Shown in pieces: positions 31,473 through 41,632 of a DNA stretch of 64,000 bases. Source of the DNA: Pedobacter sp. (GTDB lineage Bacteria > Desulfobacterota > Desulfuromonadia > Desulfuromonadales > Syntrophotaleaceae); assembly GCA_050253415.1 (NCBI GenBank), contig JBFWJC010000001.1, positions 1,224,679 to 1,288,678 of the forward strand. The letters run 5' to 3'. Made by a program: the position numbers and the translations under genes. The notes under the pieces are model-generated. The model was not told where the DNA came from. It did not search any database and worked only from the letters and a program-made list of their open reading frames with translations. Position 1 is the first letter of the stretch. Each line of letters starts with the position of its first letter.

Positions 31473-32159
31473 TTACCTCTGTTGCAAAAAGTTCAAAAAC
31501 ATATTGATCAGCAGGGCGACCGACATCAGGAAAATGCCGAGGGCCAGGCCAAAGGCGAATTCCCCCTTGCTGGTTTCCAGAGCGATGGCGGTGGTCATGG
31601 TGCGGGTCACCCCTCGGATATTGCCCCCCAGCATCATGGCGACACCGACTTCGGCAATAATCCGCCCGAATCCTGCAATGATGGCAGCGACGACACCGAA
31701 GCGGATCTCCTGCAACAGCAGAACAGCACCGCGGGTGGTGCTGGCACCAAGGGTCAGGGCGGTCGGCATGATGCGGCTGTCCGAGGCGCTTAGCGCGCCG
31801 AGGGTGTAGTTGGCGATGATCGGTGTGGCGAGGATAATCTGGCCGATGATCATGGCAGACGGTGTAAACAGCAAACCGAATTGCCCCAAAGGGCCCATGC
31901 GGCTCAAAAAACCGTACACCACCAGGCCGACTACCACCGTCGGCAGGGCCATGAGGGTGTTGAGCAGGGTGATCACCACCCGTCGCCCGGGGAAACGTCC
32001 GATGCCGATGGCCAGGCCTGCCGGAACGCCTGCTATTGTGGCGAAGACGATAGCGATGGAGGACACATACAGGGATGTCCACACCGTGCTGTAGACCTCC
32101 GGATCGAGCGACAGGATCAAATCCAGTGCGGTTTTTAGCGAATCGAACAAAAATCCCAC
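31473..32159 (-). CDS. tupB: Tungstate-type ABC transporter permease
   Basis: LMALPTVVVGL, GFGRIIAEVG..MMLGGNI..TRTMTTAIALETSKG typical of TupB. Confidence 0.85.
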   Translation of the reverse strand: MGFLFDSLKTALDLILSLDPEVYSTVWTSLYVSSIAIVFATIAGVPAGLAIGIGRFPGRRVVITLLNTLMALPTVVVGLVVYGFLSRMGPLGQFGLLFTPSAMIIGQIILATPIIANYTLGALSASDSRIMPTALTLGASTTRGAVLLLQEIRFGVVAAIIAGFGRIIAEVGVAMMLGGNIRGVTRTMTTAIALETSKGEFAFGLALGIFLMSVALLINMFLNFLQQR

Positions 32160-32562
32160 AGTAATACTCCGGATGTTTCGCGACGGTTTCAGTCGGTTAG
32201 AAAAGAGGCTTATATGGGGTCGCAGCCTCTATCGGAAATGGTCTCAGCCGTATGCAATGATCCGTTCGGTACGGAAGAACCGGACGGGCGCAGAGTATAT
32301 AACGTTTTTATGCCCTTTGAAAAGGTACATAATGGCCATAATAGGTATACGGAGAGATGACTGGTGAGTTGAAACATCTTTATAGATGTGGCTGTTCTCA
32401 ACCAAGGTTATGAAGGGTACAATTCAAGGAAGCAATAAAGAGCTGATGAAGTGGCAAAACGATAATTTTTCATCGCGGGGGACCGCTTTTTTTTAACAGT
32501 TACCCTTGACAACAATGCCGGGAAGACACAAACAGGGATCATCGTAAAAGAGGAGTGCAGGC

Positions 32563-33336
32563 ATGCTTGGAGCTCTGGCTGGCGACATTATCGGATCACG
32601 GTTTGAGTGGAACAACATTAAAACCAAGGACTTCGAGCTGTTTGAAGAGGATTCTCGATTTACCGATGATACGGTACTGACCGTGGCCCAGGCTGACAGC
32701 CTGCTCAGTGGAGAACCTTTTACCCTGAAACTTAAAGAGTATTTCTGGCTCTATCCGCATGCCGGATATGGCGGCCGTTTTTACCGCTGGGCTGGTAGCT
32801 CCTCCGCCGAACCGTACAACTCTTTCGGCAACGGATCGGCCATGCGCATCAGCCCTGTCGGCTGGTATTTCAACGATTTGTCGACGGTCCTCAGCGAGGC
32901 GCATCGCAGCGCCGCCGTGACCCACAATCATCCCGAAGGCATCAAGGGGGCGCAAGCGGTGGCTGCCGCTATTTTTCTGGCCCGCAGCGGAGAGCACAAA
33001 GCCGACATCCGGGAATTCATCGCCATGCGATTCGGTTACGATTTTTCCCGGAGTCTGGACGATATTCGACCGGACTATTGTTTCGATGTCTCCTGTCAGG
33101 GGTCGGTGCCCCAGGCATTGCAGGCTTTTTTCGAATCGGACGGATTTGAAGATGCCATCCGCAATGCGATCTCCATAGGCGGTGACAGCGATACCATTGC
33201 TTGCATAACCGGTGGGGTTGCCGAAGCCTTTTACGGCGAGGTACCCGATGCGATAGCTCAGGAGGTGTTTAGACGGCTCGATGAAAAACTGGCGTGTGTG
33301 ACGCGGAACTTTCTCCTGGCCGTCGGTCGACTCTGA
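32563..33336 (+). CDS. ADP-ribosylglycohydrolase family protein
   Basis: GALAGDIIGS, FTDDT, SFGNGSAMR, VTHNH, GGDSDT. Confidence 0.9.
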   Translation: MLGALAGDIIGSRFEWNNIKTKDFELFEEDSRFTDDTVLTVAQADSLLSGEPFTLKLKEYFWLYPHAGYGGRFYRWAGSSSAEPYNSFGNGSAMRISPVGWYFNDLSTVLSEAHRSAAVTHNHPEGIKGAQAVAAAIFLARSGEHKADIREFIAMRFGYDFSRSLDDIRPDYCFDVSCQGSVPQALQAFFESDGFEDAIRNAISIGGDSDTIACITGGVAEAFYGEVPDAIAQEVFRRLDEKLACVTRNFLLAVGRL

Positions 33337-33439
33337 AGATTGAATCTGCTGGAGGGAAAAGATTTTTGAGTCTTTCGAGTGGGAGGCGCGTTGCTGTACA
33401 AGATGGGACAAAACTACAGCAGGATATCCAAGACGCACA

Positions 33440-33476
33440 AAAAAAGAAGGTCGCCACTTCTGTGGCGACCTTTATT
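33440..33476. terminator. Probably bidirectional terminator
   Basis: aaggtcgccac-ttct-gtggcgacctt, with A-tract on the left and T-rich right side, between convergent genes. Confidence 0.8.
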
Positions 33477-33499
33477 GTCACTTTATTTAATCCAAAGGG

Positions 33500-33694
33500 T
33501 TAGTGCTTCGGCCCACGTTTCATTGCGATGAGTTCCGCACCCAGAGCCTCGGCAATCTGTTTGAGTTCGCTCATACGCATGTGTTTGCTGTAAACCTTGA
33601 GGTTCACGTCCGACACGGCACCAACGATGTAACGCGGAGTTTTGGCACCGTCTACCATTTTTTCACGCTCACGATAAAAGATCTTGCCGCCCAT
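33500..33694 (-). CDS. Small basic hypothetical protein (64 aa)
   Basis: MGGKIFYRER start with strong GAGGAGG RBS; ends before terminator. Confidence 0.7.
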   Translation of the reverse strand: MGGKIFYREREKMVDGAKTPRYIVGAVSDVNLKVYSKHMRMSELKQIAEALGAELIAMKRGPKH

Positions 33695-33783
33695 GGTGTC
33701 CTCCTCTCGGTGTACCGCTCTCAATAGCGGTAGATACATTCACACTCTTATTGTATCACCATAGTCAAGGATTGATGCAAATC

Positions 33784-34590
33784 TCAGGCGCGAATAATGG
33801 TGCCGACCGCTTCGCCGCGCAGGGCCTTGGCGATATTGCCATTTTCATGGCCGTTGATAATGCGTACCTGTTTGAGGTTGGCGGCATCCTGGAGCAGATT
33901 CAACAGCTTGCGTTCCATGACCATATCTTCCATATCCATGGCCAGCAGTTCCCCCGCAGTGATGTCGGGGATCTGCTGCGCATCGGGATTGACGAACGGG
34001 TTTTCGGTAAATAAGCCGTTGACGTTCTTAACCAGGATACAGCTTTTGGCGCCAAGCACCTCGGCCATCAGAAATGCTCCCGTATCGGTGCGATGGGGTG
34101 GAATCAGTCCTGTACCCGCAGGGTGTTCAAACAGCCCGTAAGGGGGAGTGCCGTGGGTGACGGGCAGGAAGCCAAGCTTGAGCATCATCGGCAGATCGAG
34201 CAGATCATCGCTCTTTATGCGGGTGCCACCCCAAGGCGACAGGAGCAGGGCCAACATCTCGGCATTCTGCTCGCTGATTTTGCCGGCCAGTTCAGCCAGT
34301 ACCCCGGTGGGCATACCGAGATCGATGCCGATATCGAGGATGTGCCGTACCCGCACTCCGCCACCGGTGACGATCAGCAGCTTGTGGTCTTTGGATGCTT
34401 CGCCGATTTCCTTCACCAGGGGCATGACCACTTCGCGACCGTAATCCATGGTGCCGTGTCCGCCGACTTTGATCACGTGCAGATCGGGGATCAGTCGCAT
34501 CGGTTTGATATGTGCGTGGGATTTCATAAGTCCCTTGCGTACCAGAGACTCGCCTTTGAGTTTGTTTTCCAGTTCGTGCCGCTCTCCCAT
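33784..34590 (-). CDS. Molybdenum/tungsten storage protein-like (MosA/MosB, amino-acid-kinase fold)
   Basis: VIKVGG, HKLLIVTGGG.R.RH, GTPPY, IPPHRTDTG.FL.AE, ALRGEAVGTII resemble Azotobacter MoSto subunits (from recall). Confidence 0.75.
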   Translation of the reverse strand: MGERHELENKLKGESLVRKGLMKSHAHIKPMRLIPDLHVIKVGGHGTMDYGREVVMPLVKEIGEASKDHKLLIVTGGGVRVRHILDIGIDLGMPTGVLAELAGKISEQNAEMLALLLSPWGGTRIKSDDLLDLPMMLKLGFLPVTHGTPPYGLFEHPAGTGLIPPHRTDTGAFLMAEVLGAKSCILVKNVNGLFTENPFVNPDAQQIPDITAGELLAMDMEDMVMERKLLNLLQDAANLKQVRIINGHENGNIAKALRGEAVGTIIRA

Positions 34591-34702
34591 AATCGATAGC
34601 CTCCCACATTAAGGGTTTGCTTTTTAAGGGCTTTCTCTTATGAAGCTTACCAGATGCGGGCAAACAAGCATTGGCAGGTTCTGACCGGTTGAAAGCAAAC
34701 CG

Positions 34703-34737
34703 AAAACCGGAGGTCTCCGCGGGGGAAGACCTCCGGT
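34703..34737 (-). terminator. Terminator after DUF4125 gene
   Basis: accggaggtct...agacctccggt stem, T-tract on the minus strand. Confidence 0.75.
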
Positions 34738-34764
34738 CGTTAATTGGGGGGATTTTGTAGCTGC

Positions 34765-35364
34765 TCAGGTGGGTTGCGAGTCGGTTTTTTCCTGCAGGGC
34801 CTTTTCCAGGGTTTCCAGGGAGTCGAAGCCCCATTGTCCGGCAAGATAGCGATAGGTTGCTTCGGAAAGGCTCGATCCTGACTGTTGCAGGGCTATCATA
34901 TCGCTGTGGAGTAGTTGCAATGTCTTTTCCGAGTACGTTTCAAGTTCGCCGCGCAGGTAGGTTTCAAAAGAAGTCAGGCCGGGGGCGTCTTCTTGCCTGC
35001 TCAAGGGGCGCCCGCCACGCATCAGGTATGGGAAACTGGCAATGAACTGTTTTTGTCCGGCCAGGGCCAGATCAACAATGGCGTCGATCAGCGGACTGAA
35101 GTTTTCACAAGGTAACAGGTTATCCATGCGGGCATACTTGATGGCCAGCAGGTTGCGATCCGTAGCCTTGGCCCGTTGCAGGTCGATGAGGTAGCTTTCC
35201 AGGGCTGGGGCGGACCAGGCAGCAAACTGGGCTTTCCGGTGCAGTTTAAAACTCTCGGGGTCCTCCTGGCAACGGTAACGGTGGGTGGTTGGAACGGACA
35301 GGAACATGACCAACTCCAGTTCCAAGATTTGTTCAGTGATGAGATTTCGGGTTTCCATGGGCAT
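34765..35364 (-). CDS. DUF4125 family protein
   Basis: CQED..F..R, NLLAIKYARM, TSFETYLRGELETYS. Confidence 0.75.
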   Translation of the reverse strand: MPMETRNLITEQILELELVMFLSVPTTHRYRCQEDPESFKLHRKAQFAAWSAPALESYLIDLQRAKATDRNLLAIKYARMDNLLPCENFSPLIDAIVDLALAGQKQFIASFPYLMRGGRPLSRQEDAPGLTSFETYLRGELETYSEKTLQLLHSDMIALQQSGSSLSEATYRYLAGQWGFDSLETLEKALQEKTDSQPT

Positions 35365-35376
35365 CCCTCCAGGTCG

Positions 35377-36303
35377 TTAATCACATACCGTAAAGTGTTT
35401 TCGCAGATTGGGGTCTTGGATCCCTGCCTGCACCACCGGGCCATGATCGAGCAGAAAACTGCTATTTGAGTCACTGAGCCCTTGCCGGTGCAGTTCTTCG
35501 ATGACCAGACCGCAGAGCGTTTCGATAAGGGCGACCTTTTCCTCTCCATTCGCGGTATTCAACAAGGTACTTATGTTTACGTGAATGACCGAGCCGAGAA
35601 GAGGTAAATCCTTTGTCGCCCGGTGCAGCCATTTGTAAAACGGCGGATAGCGCCGGTTGAGCAAAAACGCCATGGACATGAGGCTCTGGCAGAACTGCAA
35701 CTCAGCATAGCGGCTGGCAAAAGGTTCGTCGCGCTTGAGGCTGCGTGCCAGGTTGTACTGCCCGGTCTGGGCCATGGTCATGCAGCGTGATGCGATTTTC
35801 TTGCGGCGGATATCCTCCGGGTAGTAGTCAAGCAGATGCCGACGCCATTTGGAAAAATGATCCGCAGGATCGTGAAATACCAGGCCGTTGGTACAGACGC
35901 TCATATTTTGATCCGGCAGGGCAAGCCATTCCTGCAGCGCCTGGGGAGGATGATCAAGCCCGGTATATCGGATATAGAAACTGCGGATACTCATAACGCC
36001 CATGCGCCCGTCCTCACCGGGGCTGGTTTGACGCGGTCCAAAGCCGGAAAAGGACGGCGGCAGCTTGCGGTAAGCGGCGTCCAGTTCGGCTCCGTAAGTC
36101 GCATAATCTTCCTGCTGCAACCACAGGCAAAAGCCCGGCCCCCAGTCATGGTCGCGCGATAGAACATCGTCGAATCCGTAACATTCGGATCCCGGACCCA
36201 CCAGGCCTGCCGCGACTCGGTCGGCGATGTCCTTGAAGGACTCCTCGATCATGGGCAGTCCATGGGTGAAGAAATACTCTTTGGCCAACGGCAGTCCCTG
36301 CAT
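35377..36303 (-). CDS. DUF4037 family protein (nucleotidyltransferase-like)
   Basis: AGLVGPGSECYGFDDVLSRDHDWGP, TNG.VF.D, GQYN, PFYKW. Confidence 0.78.
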   Translation of the reverse strand: MQGLPLAKEYFFTHGLPMIEESFKDIADRVAAGLVGPGSECYGFDDVLSRDHDWGPGFCLWLQQEDYATYGAELDAAYRKLPPSFSGFGPRQTSPGEDGRMGVMSIRSFYIRYTGLDHPPQALQEWLALPDQNMSVCTNGLVFHDPADHFSKWRRHLLDYYPEDIRRKKIASRCMTMAQTGQYNLARSLKRDEPFASRYAELQFCQSLMSMAFLLNRRYPPFYKWLHRATKDLPLLGSVIHVNISTLLNTANGEEKVALIETLCGLVIEELHRQGLSDSNSSFLLDHGPVVQAGIQDPNLRKHFTVCD

Positions 36304-36317
36304 AACGAATCCTTTGC

Positions 36318-36983
36318 TTATCCTTTGATAAGCGCGATGTTCTTAACGGTGTGGCGGGCTTTGGCGGTATTGTCGGTCTGCTCGTACAGATCCCTGGCCC
36401 GTTCAAAATGGGCAAGCCCTGCCTTCTTGTCACCGATCATGGCATGGATATAGCCGATGTTGGCATGCTGATCGGCCACCTTGTCGAGGGCTCCGGCTTT
36501 TAGGAAAAGTGTTTGGGCCTGCTGGTAGTAGTCCAGAGCCAGGGTATATTCGTGTTTATCCCGGCAGACGGAACCCAGGTTGCCCAGTTGTTCGGCGACC
36601 TTCTCCGGTTGGCCGCAACGATCAAATGCATGCATGGCGTTGTTAAAGGCTGCGCTGGCTTCGTCATAGCGTTGCATGCGTGTTAGCAGCAATCCTATAT
36701 TATTCTGGGATGAAGCCATTCCTGCCGTGTCGCCCGCACTGGAAAAGATGGAATGAACGCTCTGGTAGGTTGCCAGGGCTTTATCCGGTTGCCCGGAGGC
36801 GCAGTATATGTCGGCCACGATCATCCGTTGCGTTGCCTCATTGGCGACATCCCCGGTTTCTGCATAGAGCCTGGCTGATTCTTTAAAAGCTTCCAATGCT
36901 GCATCGTAAGAAGCTGTTTTCAGGTGTTTGAGGCCATCTCGGGCTAAGATGTCCGCCATCTTCGCAGTCGGTTCGTTTGCCAT
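36318..36983 (-). CDS. Tetratricopeptide repeat protein
   Basis: Repeated about 40-aa helical units with NIG/NLG...AL.YY. Confidence 0.85.
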   Translation of the reverse strand: MANEPTAKMADILARDGLKHLKTASYDAALEAFKESARLYAETGDVANEATQRMIVADIYCASGQPDKALATYQSVHSIFSSAGDTAGMASSQNNIGLLLTRMQRYDEASAAFNNAMHAFDRCGQPEKVAEQLGNLGSVCRDKHEYTLALDYYQQAQTLFLKAGALDKVADQHANIGYIHAMIGDKKAGLAHFERARDLYEQTDNTAKARHTVKNIALIKG

Positions 36984-37093
36984 GGGGGCTCCTGTTCAGG
37001 CGGTTCAGCCATGTGGTAATCATAGTTTGCGGGGAGCTGGGTCTGGACCAGGCCTTTACGTATAATGCCGTAGACGCCATCTAATCTCAATAC

Positions 37094-37125
37094 AAAACGA
37101 ACATGATCCGTAACAAGATGAACAT
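37094..37125. promoter_or_regulatory. Putative DeoR/GlpR-type operator upstream of the TPR operon
   Basis: AAAACGAACATG (37094-37105) and ATGAACAT (37118-37125). Confidence 0.6.
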
Positions 37126-37296
37126 AAAAGATCAGTCTTTGTGGTAGGAGTGTGAAAAAAGGGGGGAAACAATTTGCGCCGCAGAATGGTTTTATAATAA
37201 ATTCAAACAGACACTTGTTTTCACCTCTCCAACATGCAAGGAAATATTCTTGAGGGTCGGTTCTGTCCTGCTTGCATTTTATGATAAAGGGGCATC

Positions 37297-38203
37297 ATGG
37301 ATCAGATGACTTCGGGCTATGAAAATCTTTTGGAAAACCTTTTTGAGGGGCTTTATTTTGTTGATGCGGATCGTACGATCATTCGATGGAACAAAGCCGC
37401 TGAGAAACTGACGGGCTTCACATCCGCGGAGATGCTCGGAAAGCACTGCTCGGACAACCTGCTGAACCACGTCGATGAAAATGGTCGCCAGCTTTGCATT
37501 GGGCACTGCCCCCTGGTTAGGGTTATGGACGAGGGTCTCCCGCGGGAGCAGGATGTTTTTCTTCACCATAAGAATGGTCATCGCCTTCCGATCCGAGTGC
37601 GTGCCCATCCGTTATGCGACAGTGGCGGAACGGTGGTCGGAGCCGCTGAGCTGTTCACTGACTTGAGCGAAAGCTCCGGTGTCATGCAGCAGATGGAAGA
37701 TTTTAAGCGACAGGCTTTGACGGACAGCCTGACCGGTTTGCCGAACCGGGCCTGTCTCGAGGTTGAGTTGGAACGTTGCCTGGATGAATACAAGCGTTAC
37801 GGTTGGAATATAGGTCTGTTGTTCCTGGATGTTGATCATTTCAAGGCCGTCAACGATACTTTCGGGCACGATCGTGGCGACGATGTCCTGCGTCTTGTCG
37901 CCACGACTCTTGCGCATAATTGCCGTGCATCCGATATCGTCGGTCGCTGGGGGGGGCGAGGAATTCGTCGGATTGGTGCGCAATGCAACCCCTTTGAATC
38001 TGCTGCATATCGCCGAACGGAACAGGATGCTTGTGGAGCAGTCTTTTATCATGGTTGATGGGCGGCCCTTGGGCGTGACCATTTCCCTTGGTGCTGTACT
38101 GGCCCGGCCTGGCGAATCGGCGGAAAGTCTTGTGCGGCGCGCCGATCAGCTTATGTTTGAAAGTAAAAACAAGGGGCGAAATTGCGTCTCGTCCGATGTT
38201 TGA
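37297..38203 (+). pseudogene. PAS-GGDEF diguanylate cyclase frameshifted at a G8 run
   Basis: First frame ends VGRWGG then junk; the other frame resumes GGEEF...RADQLMFESKNKGRN; G8 at 37949-37956 where G7 restores RWGGEEF. Confidence 0.85.
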
Positions 38204-38720
38204 TGTTTTGTGTCTGATTTTCAGGGTCGCTGGTTAGCGGGCCTGTAGTCCTGTCCTGTTCATCTCCCACTGTTTGAAATTCAGTTGGCGTATTTTTTGT
38301 TTCACCTTCCTGTCATCCCTTCCCGAGTACTGCCTGCCTTTTTACCGCCTGTTGCACGATTTTGAACCAAACGACAAGTTTTCTCTGATGCCCTACGCTG
38401 GTTTGATGTTCACCATGATTCCCTTCGATTGCAGATCTCCTTTTGGCAGCCGCCGGCTTTTTCTGAAAGAAATTTTGTGACCCGTACGTCGATAGATCCA
38501 GGTTTTATCGCTCTATTTGTGATTGTTTGTAAAGTGGGTGATCGTGTGTGAGACCTTGAGGTGTGCGATGTGGAATGTTTGTGTATTGTCCTTATGTCTC
38601 CGGTCGTTCCATTAAATCGCCGTAAAAACAATAAGTTGTCAGCGGGTGTTGGCGCAGTGGAAGCATTGCGTGTCGGTTTTTGGTAGGTAGATAATGTTTT
38701 GTTGTGTAATAAAATTTACG

Positions 38721-38763
38721 CTTGACAACAAAAACGAACATCATTTACATTCATGTCGAACAC
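38721..38763 (+). promoter_or_regulatory. Putative cutC promoter with operator in the spacer
   Basis: TTGACA 38722-38727, 18 bp containing AAACGAACAT, TACATT 38746-38751; second CGAACA at 38757-38762. Confidence 0.7.
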
Positions 38764-38921
38764 AATGGTTCATTGATCCATGGTTGCAAGGTTGATTTAT
38801 CTGAGCCTGCTCGGGATTTGTTGGAGGGGGTAAGCAGATACGTAAGGCTGTTGCATCATCGGATCGGGGACGTTTAGCTCATGCTTGCTAACCTTTTACA
38901 CCCAAATAACGGAGGTTGATC

Positions 38922-41348
38922 ATGGCAGGATCTTGTTGTGGTGGAATTGCGGAAGGTGCCACCCGGAAAAAGTTCGAGCTTCCCGAGCGTATTCAGCGCC
39001 TCAAGGATGCTTATCTGCAAGTTAAACCCAGCATCGCTATCGGTCGGGCTCTGGCTTTTACAGAAGTCACCCGGGAAAACCCCGGTATGCCGAATATTCT
39101 GCGTCGCGCGCTGGCTTTTAAAAAGGCCTGTGAAAACGCTCCGTTGCTGATTCAGGCGGACGAGTTGATTGTTGGCCATCCCTGCGGCAAGCCGCGCGCC
39201 GGTGCTTTCTCTCCGGATATCGCATGGAAATGGGTGCGTGACGAGCTGGATACCATTGGTACCCGTTCGCAGGATCCATTTGTCATCACCGAAGAAGACA
39301 AGCAAGTCATGCGCGACGAGATCTTCCCCTTCTGGGAAGGTAAATCCCTTGATGAAATCTGCGAAACCCAATATCGCGAAGCCGGACTCTGGGAATTTGC
39401 CGCAGAGGCTTTCGTCAGTGACTTGTCCTATCATCAGGTTAATGGCGGTGGCGATACCTGCCCCGGTTTTGACGTGATCCTGTTCACTAAAGGTGTCAAC
39501 GGTATCAAGGCTGAAGCCGAGGCGAACCTTGCCAAGCTGTCCATGGACGTGCCCGACGACATCGATAAAATTTATTTCTACAAAGCGGCCATTCAGACCT
39601 GCGAAGGTATCGTCCTCTACGCCAATCGCCTGTCTGCCTATGCGATGGAGCTGGCAGCCAACGAGTCGGATCCCAAGCGCAAGGCCGAGTTGGAAAATAT
39701 CGCCAAGGTCAACGCTCGCGTACCTGCCAATCCTCCGAGTACTTTCCAGGAAGCCCTGCAGTCGATCTGGACCATCGAGTCGCTGTTTGTTATCGAGGAA
39801 AACCAGACCGGTCTGTCCCTGGGACGTCTTGACCAGTATGTCTATCCCTGCTTTGAGGCCGATATTAAAGCCGGTCGCATCGATGAAAACCAGGCTTTTG
39901 AACTGATGAGCTGTTTCATCATCAAATGCGCTGAAATGATGTGGCTGACCAGTGAACTGGCCGCCAAATATTTCGCCGGCTACCAGCCGTTTATCAACCT
40001 GTGCGTCGGTGGGCAGAAGCGTGAAGGCGGCGACGCCACCAATGACCTGACCTACCTGGTTATGGATGTTGTTCGCAAGCTCGGCGTGTACCAGCCTTCA
40101 CTGGCCTGTCGTATTCATAATCAGTCCCCGCAAAAATACCTGCAGAAGATAGTCGAAGTCGTCAAGGCGGGGCTCGGCTTCCCCGCCTGCCATTTTGACG
40201 ATGCCCACATCAAGATGATGCTTCGTAAAGGCTACGATTTCGAAGATGCCCGTGACTACTGCCTGATGGGCTGCGTCGAGCCTCAAAAGTCGGGTCGCAT
40301 CTACCAGTGGACTTCGACTGGCTACACCCAGTGGCCCGTTGCCATCGAGTTTGTGCTTAATCGTGGTGTCATGAAGTGGCATGGTACCAAGCAGGGTATC
40401 GATACCGGTGCTCTGGACCAGTTTTCCACCTACGAGCAGTTCGATGCCGCCGTCAAAGAGCAGATTGAATACATCTGCAAGATGTCCGCTGTCGGCACCG
40501 TTATCAGCCAGCGGGTTCACCGCGACGTGGCACCCAAGCCTTTGATGTCCATGTTCGTTGAAGGCTGCATGGAGACCGGCAAGGATGTTTCCGCAGGTGG
40601 TGCCGTGCTTAACCACGGCCCTGGTTTGATCTTCTCCGGCCTGGCCACTTACGTGGACTCCATGGCCGCCATCAAGAAGCTTGTGTTTGACGACAAAAAA
40701 TACACTCTGGCCGATTTTCAGAAGGCTCTCGATGCCAACTGGGAAGGTTACGAGCAGATGCGTCAGGATTGCCTTGATGCTCCCAAGTATGGCAACGACG
40801 ATGACTACGCAGACTTGATCGCTTCTGACCTGGTCGAATCGACTGAAAAGATCTGCCGTCAATTCAAGATGCTCTACTCCACCATGAGCCACGGAACCCT
40901 GTCTATCTCCAACAATACTCCCATCGGGGAACTGACCGGCGCGACTGCGGACGGCCGCATGGCCTTTACCCCGCTGTCTGACGGCATCAGTCCTGTGCAG
41001 GGTGCCGACAAGAAGGGGCCCACCGCTATTATCAAGTCGGTCAGCAAGATGAACGCTGAATCGATGAATATCGGCATGGTGCATAACTTCAAACTGATGG
41101 ATGGCCTCCTTGAAACTCCTGAAGGAGAGGCCGGTTTGATTACCTTGCTGCGCACGGCGTCTATTATGGGCAATGGCCAGATGCAGTTCAGCTATGTCGA
41201 CAACGATGTTCTTAAGCAGGCCCAACAAAGCCCTGAGGAATATCGTGATCTGATGATTCGCGTGGCAGGTTACAGCGCCTTCTTTGTCGAGCTCTGCAAG
41301 GAAGTTCAGGATGAAATCATCAGCCGCACCGTGCTGAAAGGTTTTTGA
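38922..41348 (+). CDS. cutC: Choline trimethylamine-lyase (glycyl radical enzyme)
   Basis: RVAGYS glycyl loop; GCVEP thiyl Cys/Glu; choline-pocket residues at CutC spacing ([16 protein letters not shown] at Cys+13, Y at Cys+17); GGAGG RBS. Confidence 0.93.
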   Translation: MAGSCCGGIAEGATRKKFELPERIQRLKDAYLQVKPSIAIGRALAFTEVTRENPGMPNILRRALAFKKACENAPLLIQADELIVGHPCGKPRAGAFSPDIAWKWVRDELDTIGTRSQDPFVITEEDKQVMRDEIFPFWEGKSLDEICETQYREAGLWEFAAEAFVSDLSYHQVNGGGDTCPGFDVILFTKGVNGIKAEAEANLAKLSMDVPDDIDKIYFYKAAIQTCEGIVLYANRLSAYAMELAANESDPKRKAELENIAKVNARVPANPPSTFQEALQSIWTIESLFVIEENQTGLSLGRLDQYVYPCFEADIKAGRIDENQAFELMSCFIIKCAEMMWLTSELAAKYFAGYQPFINLCVGGQKREGGDATNDLTYLVMDVVRKLGVYQPSLACRIHNQSPQKYLQKIVEVVKAGLGFPACHFDDAHIKMMLRKGYDFEDARDYCLMGCVEPQKSGRIYQWTSTGYTQWPVAIEFVLNRGVMKWHGTKQGIDTGALDQFSTYEQFDAAVKEQIEYICKMSAVGTVISQRVHRDVAPKPLMSMFVEGCMETGKDVSAGGAVLNHGPGLIFSGLATYVDSMAAIKKLVFDDKKYTLADFQKALDANWEGYEQMRQDCLDAPKYGNDDDYADLIASDLVESTEKICRQFKMLYSTMSHGTLSISNNTPIGELTGATADGRMAFTPLSDGISPVQGADKKGPTAIIKSVSKMNAESMNIGMVHNFKLMDGLLETPEGEAGLITLLRTASIMGNGQMQFSYVDNDVLKQAQQSPEEYRDLMIRVAGYSAFFVELCKEVQDEIISRTVLKGF

Positions 41349-41361
41349 GTCTAATCGCATC

Positions 41362-41389
41362 GGGGTGGCCCGGGTTTCCGAGCCACCCC
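41362..41389 (+). terminator. GC-rich hairpin after cutC (weak U-tract)
   Basis: ggggtggcccgg-gttt-ccgagccacccc. Confidence 0.5.
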
Positions 41390-41632
41390 AGTGTGTTTCA
41401 TATGTGTCTCTGGAATGTTGAAGCGGGCCGAAGGAATTTTTCCATAATAGCATGTTTGATTTTATGTATGTTTCGATGAAATAAGCCTGATTCGCACTCT
41501 GCTATCCCGGATGTGAACCGGTCTTGATCTGGTACAGGGAAAAATTTTGCCAGATGTAAGCCCTAGGAGTCGCCTGCGGAAGTCTCGCGCTGGCGGTACA
41601 AGCAGGACATTACTCGATGGAGGAGCAAGGCA

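Noticed and set aside
32294..32304. ModE-like box (TATATAACG) upstream of tupB
   Set aside because: Only a half-site; no matching second arm; no Moco riboswitch recognised
33784..34590. Uridylate kinase pyrH
   Set aside because: Lacks KLSGE and DxxGM motifs; matches MoSto-type motifs
38922..41348. Annotation as pyruvate formate-lyase or diol/glycerol dehydratase
   Set aside because: Single-Cys GCVEP motif and the full CutC choline-pocket set favour CutC
40098..41453. 451-aa antisense ORF over cutC (also 51820-52980, 54018-55010, 26596-28053, 59346-60950, 4105-5019)
   Set aside because: Shadow ORFs caused by codon bias of well-supported genes on the other strand
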